A DNA stretch of 64,000 nt, from the NCBI GenBank assembly GCA_965215885.1, contig CBDCEW010000091.1, positions 32,001 to 96,000 of the forward strand. The letters run 5' to 3'. Below the pieces are notes generated by a model. The model had not been told where the DNA came from. It saw only the letters and a list, made by a program, of their open reading frames with translations, and did not search any database. The stretch is from Candidatus Moanibacter sp. GTDB lineage: Bacteria; Verrucomicrobiota; Verrucomicrobiia; Opitutales; UBA2987. Positions 40,166 through 49,230 of this stretch are shown here, in pieces; position 1 is the stretch's first letter; every line of letters starts with the position of its first letter. The position numbers and the translations under genes are program-made.

Positions 40166-41013
40166 AGCCGCTCCCACCGATCGAGATATCTCTTTAACGC
40201 TCGCGAATTCAGGTCCCCATACCCGCCGACGTAAGCACTTGGCGTAAAGAGACGATCTACTCCTGCTTGAATAACGTGCTCGCTATGCCTTTCCCACATT
40301 ACCTCTTCAGCAAGGTTCATCAATTCGGACACGATTTTTTCCGGTGCAATTGAAGGATGTCCCCGCATCGCCAAATGCACGTGATCCGGCAAAAAGGACA
40401 CCTTGAGGAGCTTAAACTGATTCTCCTGTTCAGCTTTCTGCCAGCATCGGGTCACAGCAGGACCCGATTCCGAACCGAAAATTCCCTTTCGGGCTGTTGT
40501 TGCGATGACAATGTGGTAACGAAGACAAGTCACTGCATTCGGATTGAGCCGCGATTCATCGCCTGCCTCTTCCGGGAACTCCCGTTGAAAGACAGGCGGT
40601 ATGGCTCTGTCTTCATAACCGTGATGGCGGCTCTGCTTGGAAAGGTATCGGATTACTTGCGACTTTATACTCTTCCCGGATGTGGCTGCGAAATAGCCGC
40701 GTGAGAAGAGACGGGATTTCTCCCGTACTTCGTGGTCTGTCCGTAGGAATTTGCTGACTCGGCCCTTCAGTTTACTCGCTGTTGCGGATACGGTATCGGT
40801 TGGTTTCAGGCTCACTAGCGCTAGGCAGTTTCTTTCATCGGCGGAGAATTCGAGAAGGTGAATTCCGTAAGGATCCAGTAGTTTCTCGATGCGTTCTTTG
40901 TCGAGAGATTTCAGCTCGGACACGGACTTACGGCGATGCGTGTTCCACCGCAGGTAGCAGTGAATAGAGTAAGCGAAGGTTAATGATTCGGCTGTGTAGG
41001 GAGTACGGTGCAC
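40162..41013 (-). CDS. tnpA: Tandem two-domain Y1 (IS200/IS605 TnpA / RAYT-like) HUH transposase
   Basis: Domain 1: YLRWNTHRRK...LKG...LFSRGYF...RYLSKQ. Domain 2: YHIVIATTARK...PDHVHL...LFTPSAY...RYL. Confidence 0.85.
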   Translation of the reverse strand: MHRTPYTAESLTFAYSIHCYLRWNTHRRKSVSELKSLDKERIEKLLDPYGIHLLEFSADERNCLALVSLKPTDTVSATASKLKGRVSKFLRTDHEVREKSRLFSRGYFAATSGKSIKSQVIRYLSKQSRHHGYEDRAIPPVFQREFPEEAGDESRLNPNAVTCLRYHIVIATTARKGIFGSESGPAVTRCWQKAEQENQFKLLKVSFLPDHVHLAMRGHPSIAPEKIVSELMNLAEEVMWERHSEHVIQAGVDRLFTPSAYVGGYGDLNSRALKRYLDRWERL

Positions 41014-41019
41014 AAACTT

Positions 41020-43393
41020 CAGACCTCACTATATTGCCCCTCTAAAGGCACTATGCAATCGCAAGTTTAAATCCCTATTTTTTGCCCAGTCGGAAGATGA
41101 TTCTTCGGCCTGAACCGTCGGGCATCAGTAAGGGCTTCTCATTGAGAGTTTGCAGATACTCAAGCACCACCGCTTGCACCCGAGGGGGATAAGTTGCGGT
41201 GGGGAATAAATGCGCTTCGACCGCACAGCCCCTCTCTATAAGAACGCCGTCACTGTGAGTCAAATTGCGAAACAGATCGTGGTCGTCACGATAGTTGTTG
41301 TAGCGAGCTTTAAAGGGTTCGAGCTGCTTGTAGAAGCTGTTACGGGCGAAGATTTTCAAGGCATCCATGAGGGACTTGTTAGCGGTGTCCAGGCGGACAT
41401 AGTTTTCATCAATGAGGCGCTGCAGCCTCGAGCATTCGGTGTCGATTTGCTCCAGTTCGAGTTGGAGGGCTTTGAGGGCCTGATCGAGTCGACGGATCTT
41501 TTCGCCCCTTGAGGCGCTTTTGCCCGGGTGGGCATGCTCGGCCAGGAGCAGTCTTTTCAATTCTTCGGTGCATTGCTGTTTTTGCTTCAGGAGGGCTTTG
41601 GCGGCACCGCTTTTCTCCTGCTTCTCCTCAAGGTGTTGGGCTAATCGCTTGTAGTGGACGGTGCGATAAGAGGTGATCTGATTAATCCCAAAGTGCTTAT
41701 CGAGGTATTTGAAGTCATTCTCCTGAATCCAGCGACTGAACATCCCTTTGATTACCTCTTCATTTCGGGCCTGCTGATCGGTCGCCAGGATGCTCACGGT
41801 AATGGTTCGATTTTTTGGATTGGTCGCCTCCACGATCCACTGCACCAGTTGAGGATTTTTCTTCCAGGGGCCCCGCTGATAGCGAAGATGATACTCCTGG
41901 AGATCTTCGGCATGGTTGCGCGCGCGCTGCAGGCGCAACTGCCCGTCGATCCGTTGGAGGGGCTGGGCGCTGGCCTTGTAACCTTTTTCCCAGGTAATGA
42001 TTTCGAGTTGAGGATGCTCCACGATGGCTTCGTAAAACCACTCCGCGGCGATCGCCCGGTCCACGTAAATGCTCACCTTCTTATCAGCCGGCAACTGCAC
42101 CAGCTCGAGCATCGCTTCGCAGTTGGGGATAAACCGTTCCCTTATATCCTCATAGTTGTCAGTGCTCGCAAAATAGACCGGATAGCCCTTGAGGGTATGA
42201 ATAAAATCGCTGTGGAGCGCTTTGTCGGCCAGACGGATACCCGGACACCATCCCGCCAGCACCTTGCTCATTCCGGTGTAATGTTTGGTGTGCGGATCAT
42301 AATAAAAGCTCTCTTCATCCGAAGCATTCAGGCCCCTCGCGTTCACTCTGAGGATCTCTCTTAAAAGCCCTTCATCGGCCAGGGCGCTAAGGCTTTGGCG
42401 TTGCAGATAGGGGGTATACAGGACTCGCCCGATGAGTTTTTGCAGGTCTTCGAGATCGAGCAGTTTGCTCTGCTCGATATTGACCGCGGCCAACAACCCG
42501 CAAGCCACCCATTGTTTCAAAAGCCAGCCCTCTTCGCGATCAATCTGAGCGACTTCTCTGAGCGCGGCACTGAACAGAAGTACTCCCAGGTGCCGATACC
42601 ATTGCACCGCTTCGGAGCTCTCCCTCGAAAAATCGGGAGACTCCTTGCGATTGTCCCCTTCGCTTTCGGGGCTATTTTCTGCTTCTTGCTCCTGTTCGTC
42701 CCTCCCCGAGTCCTCCGGGCAATCCCAGGGAGTCTCCCGATTTTGCGCCCTCTCGGCTTCGGCCTCCTTTGCCCGGGCCTCTTTAAGCTCCTTAAAGACA
42801 GGGCGCAAAGTTTCCCCACTGAGGTTAACTCCGAACACCTCCTCGATCTCCCCCCGTATCTTCTTGCTGTAGCCATACCGACTCTCCCCATAGATCTGCC
42901 CGAAGCGCACCCGCCCAAAACTCCGGATTTCCCTCGTCAATTTGCGATGAGCGCTGCGTCCCGCCAGCACTCGCGCTAAGGTCTCGGCATCTCCGCTTTG
43001 AAGCGCCTCCCCCCACCGCTTCATCGTTTTGGGGTCAACCTCAAATTGCTTCTCTAAGCGCCCTTTCTTCAACCCCGCATTGTAGAGGCGCCCCACCAAT
43101 AGCTTGAATTCAACTTGCTCCCGATCGTCCTCTACGACTTCAAAAAGCTCATGCCCGTAATAGACGTGCAGTTTGCCTTCGCTCAGATCCCGATAGACCG
43201 TGATCGAGGGATTACCCTTGTCCACTCCAAGGATGCACTGTAAGAAGGTCTCTTCTTTGACGGTAGGTTTCTCCATTTTTCTTCGAATTTGATGGTTCGA
43301 AGATGAAGCCTACCGTTTTCTTTAGCTCTTAAAAGCCGGGAATTGTATCTGCGATTGCCCCCTGCCCGCCAACCCGCATGATAGCGAGTTCTG
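41020..43393 (-). mobile_element. 2374-bp IS, copy 1 (unclassified large DDE transposase)
   Basis: TIR CAGACCTCACTAT / CAGAACTCGCTAT. Near-identical to 53153-55528. Flanks AACTT/TGGTT give no TSD. Confidence 0.9.
41075..43276 (-). CDS. Putative DDE transposase (733 aa)
   Basis: HTH-like VDPKTMKRW, YYDPH, YVDRA and RWIQENDFKYL. Enclosed by TIRs and duplicated in the window. Confidence 0.85.
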   Translation of the reverse strand: MEKPTVKEETFLQCILGVDKGNPSITVYRDLSEGKLHVYYGHELFEVVEDDREQVEFKLLVGRLYNAGLKKGRLEKQFEVDPKTMKRWGEALQSGDAETLARVLAGRSAHRKLTREIRSFGRVRFGQIYGESRYGYSKKIRGEIEEVFGVNLSGETLRPVFKELKEARAKEAEAERAQNRETPWDCPEDSGRDEQEQEAENSPESEGDNRKESPDFSRESSEAVQWYRHLGVLLFSAALREVAQIDREEGWLLKQWVACGLLAAVNIEQSKLLDLEDLQKLIGRVLYTPYLQRQSLSALADEGLLREILRVNARGLNASDEESFYYDPHTKHYTGMSKVLAGWCPGIRLADKALHSDFIHTLKGYPVYFASTDNYEDIRERFIPNCEAMLELVQLPADKKVSIYVDRAIAAEWFYEAIVEHPQLEIITWEKGYKASAQPLQRIDGQLRLQRARNHAEDLQEYHLRYQRGPWKKNPQLVQWIVEATNPKNRTITVSILATDQQARNEEVIKGMFSRWIQENDFKYLDKHFGINQITSYRTVHYKRLAQHLEEKQEKSGAAKALLKQKQQCTEELKRLLLAEHAHPGKSASRGEKIRRLDQALKALQLELEQIDTECSRLQRLIDENYVRLDTANKSLMDALKIFARNSFYKQLEPFKARYNNYRDDHDLFRNLTHSDGVLIERGCAVEAHLFPTATYPPRVQAVVLEYLQTLNEKPLLMPDGSGRRIIFRLGKK

Positions 43394-43396
43394 TGG

Positions 43397-43591
43397 TTAG
43401 CTTAGAAACCTAATAATCCCCAGGGCAAGCCTGGGGGATTTGAAAATATGGGGTCTCCCGAATTAGCGAAGGAAACCTAACCATCCCCGGGACGAGCCCC
43501 GGGGATTGCCCTTCCGACTACCGGCACCGACCCAACCCATTCTCAAAGATCCTCCGGGCTTGCCCCGGAGAGTCTCAGGTTTTCCGGCTAA
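43397..43591. repeat. TAG-hairpin repeat cluster (two + units, one - unit)
   Basis: 43397-43440, 43463-43507 and 43548-43591. Confidence 0.9.
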
Positions 43592-43601
43592 AGAGCCTGT
43601 A

Positions 43602-43664
43602 TCACTTAGACAGTTCGAAACCGGCAATCAGGAAGTGTGGGTGACGATTGAAAGCGCGGGTGAT
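43602..43664 (-). pseudogene. 3' remnant of a vapC-like gene
   Basis: Translates ITRAFNRHPHFLIAGFELSK*, versus ITGAFSFDHHFLIAGFELFE* at 46106. Confidence 0.6.
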
Positions 43665-43780
43665 TCAGTTATTAAACCACGTGTTGACGGTTGCCCTTGG
43701 ATATCTGGCCAGTATAAGTCGGTAGGCATGGAAGTTAATCAGGTTATCGGTGCACAATATAAGGATCCGGGACAGCGCCA

Positions 43781-45811
43781 ATGAGCAAAGAATTTGATCT
43801 GGTAGTAGTCGGCGGCACGCCTGGGGGCGTGGCTGCCGCTATACGCGCGGCCCGGGAAGGCCTGCGTGTTCTTCTCACGCATTATCACGCTCACCTTGGC
43901 GGCCTTCTTTCCAGCGGTATTGGGGCGTTGGATACACAATACGGTGGTAAGCGCGCTCCCATCCATGGCGAATTCTGTGAGCGCCTGATTGACCACTACC
44001 GCGATACCTATGGCGCCGGCTCAGAACAGCTGAAGATCTGCCTTTACCATGGGCATTCCAAGTTCTGGGAGTTGGAAAAAGACCGTGGAGGAAAACTCGT
44101 GGAAGAGGTCGATGAACGCGAAGTGGCGGCGTTGCCGAACGAGTCGGCCTACTACTACGGCAAGATGCGTTTTGAGGCGAAGGTGGCGGAGAAGATCATC
44201 AACGAACTGGTCGCCTCCGAAGAAGGTATCGAGGTCTGGAAGAACTGCTATCCGACGGAGGTGGAACGGACCGGCCGGATGTTAACCGCGGTATACCTGA
44301 AATGGTTCGACGGCCGGGAACGCGCGCGGGTGGAAGCAAAGGCGTTCATCGACGCCTCCTATGAGGGCGACCTCATGGCGGCGGCTGGCGCCCCTTACCG
44401 AGTCGGCCGGGAAAGCCGATCGGAATTTAACGAGATCCATGCCGGCCGGATATTCACGGCTCTGCATTTCGCCGATGATGAGGAAGTCGGCTATCCAAGT
44501 GAGGCTGTCGTGGGCAAGCTGAACCTGGAACCCTACCGGGCCATCTCGCAGCAGATTCTGGCCGGAAGCACGGGCGGTGGAGATCACAGGATTCAAGCTT
44601 ATAACTACCGTGTTAATCTCAGTTCGGATCCCGAAAATCGATTGATGCCGGAGAAACCTGCCAATTATGACCGCGACACCTACCTCGCACTTCGGGATCG
44701 ATGGAGTTTGGGAATGGTGCTCCCAAACAAGAAACGCGGTTGGAATACGGCCAACCTGCCGGGTGGCGGCTATGAGTATCCGGACGGCGATTGGGAGACG
44801 CGCCGAGCGGTCGCACAACGGCATAAGGACCATGCTCTCGGGTTGCTCTATTTCCTGCAGCACGACGAGGAGGTTCCGCAGGCCTTACAGGAACAGTTTC
44901 AGCAACTGGGTTTGCCGGAGGATGAGTTCACGGAGAACGGGAATTTCCCTCACGAAATGTATGTGCGCGAAGGCAGGCGGCTGGAAGGGCGCTACATGCT
45001 CAAGGAATCTGATTGTACGCTCGCCCCGGAACTTGGCCGAGCTCCCATACTTCACGACAGTATCGCGATCTGCGAATGGTCCATGGATTCGCACTCCGTG
45101 AGTTTCGAAAAGATGCCCGGCGGAAGGCACGAAGGTAAAATCCTGCTCACGGAGATGACCCGGCCGTCTCAGGTACCTTACCGCACGCTCCTCCCACCCG
45201 ACATTGATAACTTGCTCGTGCCGGTCTGTCTTTCGGCGACCCATGTCGCATGGGGCACGGTCAGACTGGAACCGACCTGGATGCACATCGGAGAGTCGGC
45301 AGCGCATGCTGTCGTATTGGCTCTGGAGAACGGCGTGGCTCCGGCCCATGTAGATGTTAACGAGCTGCAGAGGCGATTAGTCGAAGCCGGAATAATGATT
45401 TCGTTTTTTAATGAATTCGATATGGCAACCGGGGAACCGTGGGTGCCCGCCGTTCTGTATCTCGGAACGAAGGGATTCTTTGCTGACTACGATGCCCGCC
45501 CGAATGATCCGCTCACTGCCGCCGAGGCCATAGTCTGGGCAAGCGCATTTGCGGAGCTATTGGATGGGAGCCTTGACACGACCAAACTGGCGAGGCGCAT
45601 CCATGGGCTGAGTGAGAAAAGAGATGCCGTAACCGTTACCGAATTCGCCAGGCTTCTCGAGGACGAGCTTCGCTACCGGGACCGGTTGCCTTCGGAAGGC
45701 GTCGCTCGGGGCGTCGGGCGGAACCATGAACCCGACCACCCCATTCTCAGGAAGGAGGCCTGCCGTATATTGTATGACTGGCTGAAACACGTTAATGTAC
45801 GTATTGGTTAG
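43781..45811 (+). CDS. FAD-dependent oxidoreductase
   Basis: VVGGTPGG, DASYEGD, IQAYNYR, YVREGRR and HVAWGTVRLEP. Confidence 0.9.
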   Translation: MSKEFDLVVVGGTPGGVAAAIRAAREGLRVLLTHYHAHLGGLLSSGIGALDTQYGGKRAPIHGEFCERLIDHYRDTYGAGSEQLKICLYHGHSKFWELEKDRGGKLVEEVDEREVAALPNESAYYYGKMRFEAKVAEKIINELVASEEGIEVWKNCYPTEVERTGRMLTAVYLKWFDGRERARVEAKAFIDASYEGDLMAAAGAPYRVGRESRSEFNEIHAGRIFTALHFADDEEVGYPSEAVVGKLNLEPYRAISQQILAGSTGGGDHRIQAYNYRVNLSSDPENRLMPEKPANYDRDTYLALRDRWSLGMVLPNKKRGWNTANLPGGGYEYPDGDWETRRAVAQRHKDHALGLLYFLQHDEEVPQALQEQFQQLGLPEDEFTENGNFPHEMYVREGRRLEGRYMLKESDCTLAPELGRAPILHDSIAICEWSMDSHSVSFEKMPGGRHEGKILLTEMTRPSQVPYRTLLPPDIDNLLVPVCLSATHVAWGTVRLEPTWMHIGESAAHAVVLALENGVAPAHVDVNELQRRLVEAGIMISFFNEFDMATGEPWVPAVLYLGTKGFFADYDARPNDPLTAAEAIVWASAFAELLDGSLDTTKLARRIHGLSEKRDAVTVTEFARLLEDELRYRDRLPSEGVARGVGRNHEPDHPILRKEACRILYDWLKHVNVRIG

Positions 45812-45827
45812 GGTGGGGCCTCGCCGG

Positions 45828-46094
45828 TTAGCATAGGAACCTAACTATCCCCAGGGCAAGCCTGGGGGATTTGATGTTGTGAGGGAGGACTCCTGAAGTA
45901 GCGAAGGTAACATAAGCATCCCCGGGACGAGCCCGTGGGATTGCCCTTCCGGCTACCCGACCGACCCAACCCACTCCAAAAGATCCTCCGGGCTTGTCCC
46001 GGAGAGTCTCAGGTTTTTCGGCTGCCCGGACCGATCGACCCACTCCAAAAGATCCTCCGGGCTTGTCCCGGAGAGTCTCAGGTTTTTCGGCTAA
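45828..46094. repeat. TAG-hairpin repeat cluster (two + units, two - units)
   Basis: 45828-45871, 45898-45942, 45982-46025 and 46051-46094. Confidence 0.9.
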
Positions 46095-46105
46095 AGAACT
46101 CAGAG

Positions 46106-46538
46106 TTACTCAAACAGCTCAAAACCGGCGATCAGGAAGTGATGATCAAAGCTGAAAGCGCCGGTGATTCCCAATTTCTTCATAACGGCGAAGGAAACGC
46201 CATCGACCATGCTGATATCCTGCCCCCGATATTGTGCCATTAGATCGAGGCCGGCCGTCTCATCTTTTCGCGATGAGTCGTGAATCACAAAGGAGCCCGA
46301 TTGGTAAATAGACCGGATTCTCTTAACCGCAACATCGGCGCTGCTTCTCCGCGAAAGGAGGGTTGCTGTCTCAACCAGGACCAGATTCGTCGTCACCAGG
46401 GGTATCGCTTCTTTCCTGATTGATGACCAGCGTGACTGCGCATCATCGAAATATTGATCACGCTTCAGGTAACTGAGGTTAATATTGATCACGCTTCAGG
46501 TAACGAGCAAGAAAAGCGCCTGTGTCTACGAAGATCAT
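46106..46538 (-). pseudogene. vapC: PIN-domain toxin (VapC-like) disrupted by a 31-bp insertion
   Basis: MIFVDTGAFLA start overlaps the antitoxin stop (ATGA). VLVET, SMVDGVSF and FSFDHHF. A 24-bp duplication plus 7 bp shifts the frame. Confidence 0.85.
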
Positions 46539-46771
46539 TCCTTTCTTCCGTAGAGGTATTCATCGTGACTTGCCGCGAAGTCGGTTGGACCGCTGTCGTC
46601 TATGACTTCACTGTCCGCCCAGAATGGATCCGTTTCCGAGGCCGGTTTGAGAGACACCTCTTTCTCAAGGGATCTGCGGATAAGCTGGCTCAAGGAGATT
46701 CCTAGCCGTTTTGCGCGCACCTCCGCTTTGGCTTTGACTTCCGAGTCGAGTAAAATGGTCGTTCTATGCAT
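46535..46771 (-). CDS. vapB: Ribbon-helix-helix antitoxin (VapB/CopG-like)
   Basis: MHRTTILL...GISLSQLIRRSL and C-terminal HDEYLYG. Upstream of the PIN gene. Confidence 0.8.
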   Translation of the reverse strand: MHRTTILLDSEVKAKAEVRAKRLGISLSQLIRRSLEKEVSLKPASETDPFWADSEVIDDSGPTDFAASHDEYLYGRKE

Positions 46772-46857
46772 AGCCATACATATGGCGTAGCAACTAGCTT
46801 CTGTCAAGCGGATCGTAGGAAGCTTATGGAAGAAAGCGGCTGATTCATAAACTGGAC

Positions 46858-47589
46858 TTGCCTTTCATTCGGCTCTTAACTTTTGAGGTCCGGTCTCTTC
46901 ACCATCTGGAGGACGCAATTCTGAACAGCTTATTCGGATTACGATTACTGCGCCGACGCCCGGTTCGACTGATGCTGATTGGGTCAGTGGGAATCCTGCT
47001 CTTCATTTTGGTTGCACAGTTTCGGATTTCGCAACTTCCCGAGCCAGCTCCGGAGAAGTTTCAGGTGTCCGGGAAGGAGGTCATTCGTGACGAATTGGAG
47101 CGTATCCGGGAGTCGTCCTTCGGCGGATCGCCGCGAGGCAGGATCCTCTGTAACAGGGTGGAGAATTTCCTCGAGGAGGGGCGCATTATTTTCAGTTCCA
47201 AACTGGGAGGTCCTCGCGGTGTGTGGCACCAGAGTATTTTCGGGAGAGAGAAAATCTACGTGAGAATCCTTGAAATGAATAACGCCCGCTTTATTCATCA
47301 GCTGCCCTACCAAATGATGGAGGCGATTGTCCATGAAGGCGTGCATTCTGCCCACGGCAGGTTTCACCGCAACAGCATCGAGGAAGAATGCGATGCCTTC
47401 GTCGCGGGCATGACCGTCGAGGCGCTGATTAAGGATGAAGATGTGCCCAACGTGTTCACGATCGATGGCAAGACCCTGGGTAGCTATCTTCTGGCGGCCT
47501 ATTCCGATCTTCGAAGAAACCCTTACTATCGTCCCATCGGCATTTCCCTTGAGGAGATCTACCGTCGCTCGGGCCTAGAGGGGCCTTAG
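46858..47589 (+). CDS. Hypothetical membrane-anchored protein with a zincin HExxH motif
   Basis: N-terminal TM and IVHEGVH...EEECDAF. Start codon uncertain. Confidence 0.55.
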   Translation: MPFIRLLTFEVRSLHHLEDAILNSLFGLRLLRRRPVRLMLIGSVGILLFILVAQFRISQLPEPAPEKFQVSGKEVIRDELERIRESSFGGSPRGRILCNRVENFLEEGRIIFSSKLGGPRGVWHQSIFGREKIYVRILEMNNARFIHQLPYQMMEAIVHEGVHSAHGRFHRNSIEEECDAFVAGMTVEALIKDEDVPNVFTIDGKTLGSYLLAAYSDLRRNPYYRPIGISLEEIYRRSGLEGP

Positions 47590-47766
47590 TCCCGGCAAGC
47601 CGGGATCTGACCGATTCAATTTCTTTTCAATTCCGTCTTGCCGGGAAACTTCGAACACCGAAAGTCCCTACTTCGATGTTGGACGTTGAAAAAATCCGCG
47701 GTATTTTCGACTTTACGACGAGTCCGAATTTTTCACAGATTTGCGGACTGGAAAACGGAGAGCGAT

Positions 47767-48181
47767 ATGGCGTCGAACAATGAATCGAAGAGACAGCCGC
47801 GTAAAGGGCTCGAGCGAATTCTTTTCGCTACTGTTTTCTCTATCGATGGGATTCGTTCGGCGTTTAAGTTGGAGGAAGCGTTTCGCCAGGAAGTTTACCG
47901 GGCCCTCGTTCTAACGGTTGTTGCTGTGATTCTTCCGGTAGGGTTGACGGCGAAAGCAATCCTGCTTGGAAGTGTCTTCCTTGTCCTGATCGTCGAGTTG
48001 CTGAATTCGGGTCTAGAGACGACGATCGATTACATTTCTTCGGAGGAACATCCCTATGCCAAGCGTGTGAAGGACATGGGGAGTGCGGCGGTTCTTCTCA
48101 GCCTGGTAAACCTGTGCGCTCATGTGGGGACTGGGGATCATCGATAACTGGGGTCTCATCGTTAGTCACTGGTCGTTCTGA
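47767..48181 (+). CDS. dgkA: Diacylglycerol kinase, frameshifted near 48115
   Basis: EEAFRQE, ELLNSGLE..D and AKRVKDMGSAAV. The last TM continues in another frame. Confidence 0.88.
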
Positions 48182-48182
48182 C

Positions 48183-48962
48183 ATGACGCCTGACACGTAC
48201 GTCGAAAAGGGATCCGGTCCCGCGGTGGTATTGAGCCACGGGTCGATGATGGCGTATGCCATGTTCGAGCGGCAGATTGAACACCTGGCGTCGCACTATC
48301 GAGTGATCGCCTACAACAATCGGACCTGGTTCCGTCCCGACGAAACCCACAGCCTCGACGATCTGGTGGAGGACTGTCTCGATTTGCTGGATGAACTGAA
48401 TGTTGGCAGTTGCGTCCTCTTCGGGATGTCGATGGGTGGGCACATGGCGATCCCTTTTGCCCTAAAATACCCGGAGCGTCTCGATGGTCTCGTATTGATG
48501 GGCGCGGGAGCGGCCGCTTTTCCACCGGAAATACAAGCCATTACCGGCGGGAGCTTCGCCGAACTCGATATCGACGGGACGGTGCCGCGCGAGTGGGCTG
48601 AACAGACCATCCCAGTCGTCTTCGGAGAGACCACTATGGCAACCAACCGCCCCCTTATCGATCACTGGATCGATCGGTGGACAGCAGCGCCGGCACGTGT
48701 CGTCTATCGCCAGGGTATGAGTTGGATATACAAGGAGGATCTCTCCGGCAGAATGGAAGACATCAAAATTCCCGTTCAAATTATCCACGGGGAGGAGGAG
48801 ACGGCCTTTCTGATGGACTGGGTATTGCCGATGCTGAAGGCGCTCCCGGACTCGGCGTTAGCCCGGATAACCCGAGCCGGACACTTCGCGAACCTCGAAA
48901 ACCCGGATGCGGTCAATGCCGCGCTCTCTTCTTTTCTGGAACGGGTCTATCCAAGCGATTGA
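48183..48962 (+). CDS. Alpha/beta fold hydrolase
   Basis: LSHG, GMSMGG nucleophile elbow and AGHFANLENP. Confidence 0.9.
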   Translation: MTPDTYVEKGSGPAVVLSHGSMMAYAMFERQIEHLASHYRVIAYNNRTWFRPDETHSLDDLVEDCLDLLDELNVGSCVLFGMSMGGHMAIPFALKYPERLDGLVLMGAGAAAFPPEIQAITGGSFAELDIDGTVPREWAEQTIPVVFGETTMATNRPLIDHWIDRWTAAPARVVYRQGMSWIYKEDLSGRMEDIKIPVQIIHGEEETAFLMDWVLPMLKALPDSALARITRAGHFANLENPDAVNAALSSFLERVYPSD

Positions 48963-49230
48963 TCGGACCTCGGTTCTGGTGGGAGTTGAGGCATCTTTTT
49001 CGGTGATTGAACCACCGCCTCGGACCTATTTCCTTGAAACTGAACTTTTGAATCTGCCGGTTAAATTCGTAGTGGTCACCGAGTTCATTGAGGATGAGAT
49101 CAATATTTTTCTTTTTCGTCTTCACTTTGAAGTGTTTCGATAGCAGCCTGATCGATCTTGTGGAATTCAAAGAAGACGTTCATTCAAATTGGTAATTCTC
49201 AGGAGCTTCCTTCACTCCTCGCGTTGCGCG

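Noticed and set aside
40162..41013. Ordinary IS605 element with tnpB/omega RNA
   Set aside because: No RuvC/TnpB ORF is adjacent, and the gene is double-length and flanked by multi-copy repeats.
48913..49170. 85-aa ORF in a lower-GC patch between convergent genes
   Set aside because: It may be a gene fragment, but I recognise no motif and it overlaps the hydrolase 3' end.
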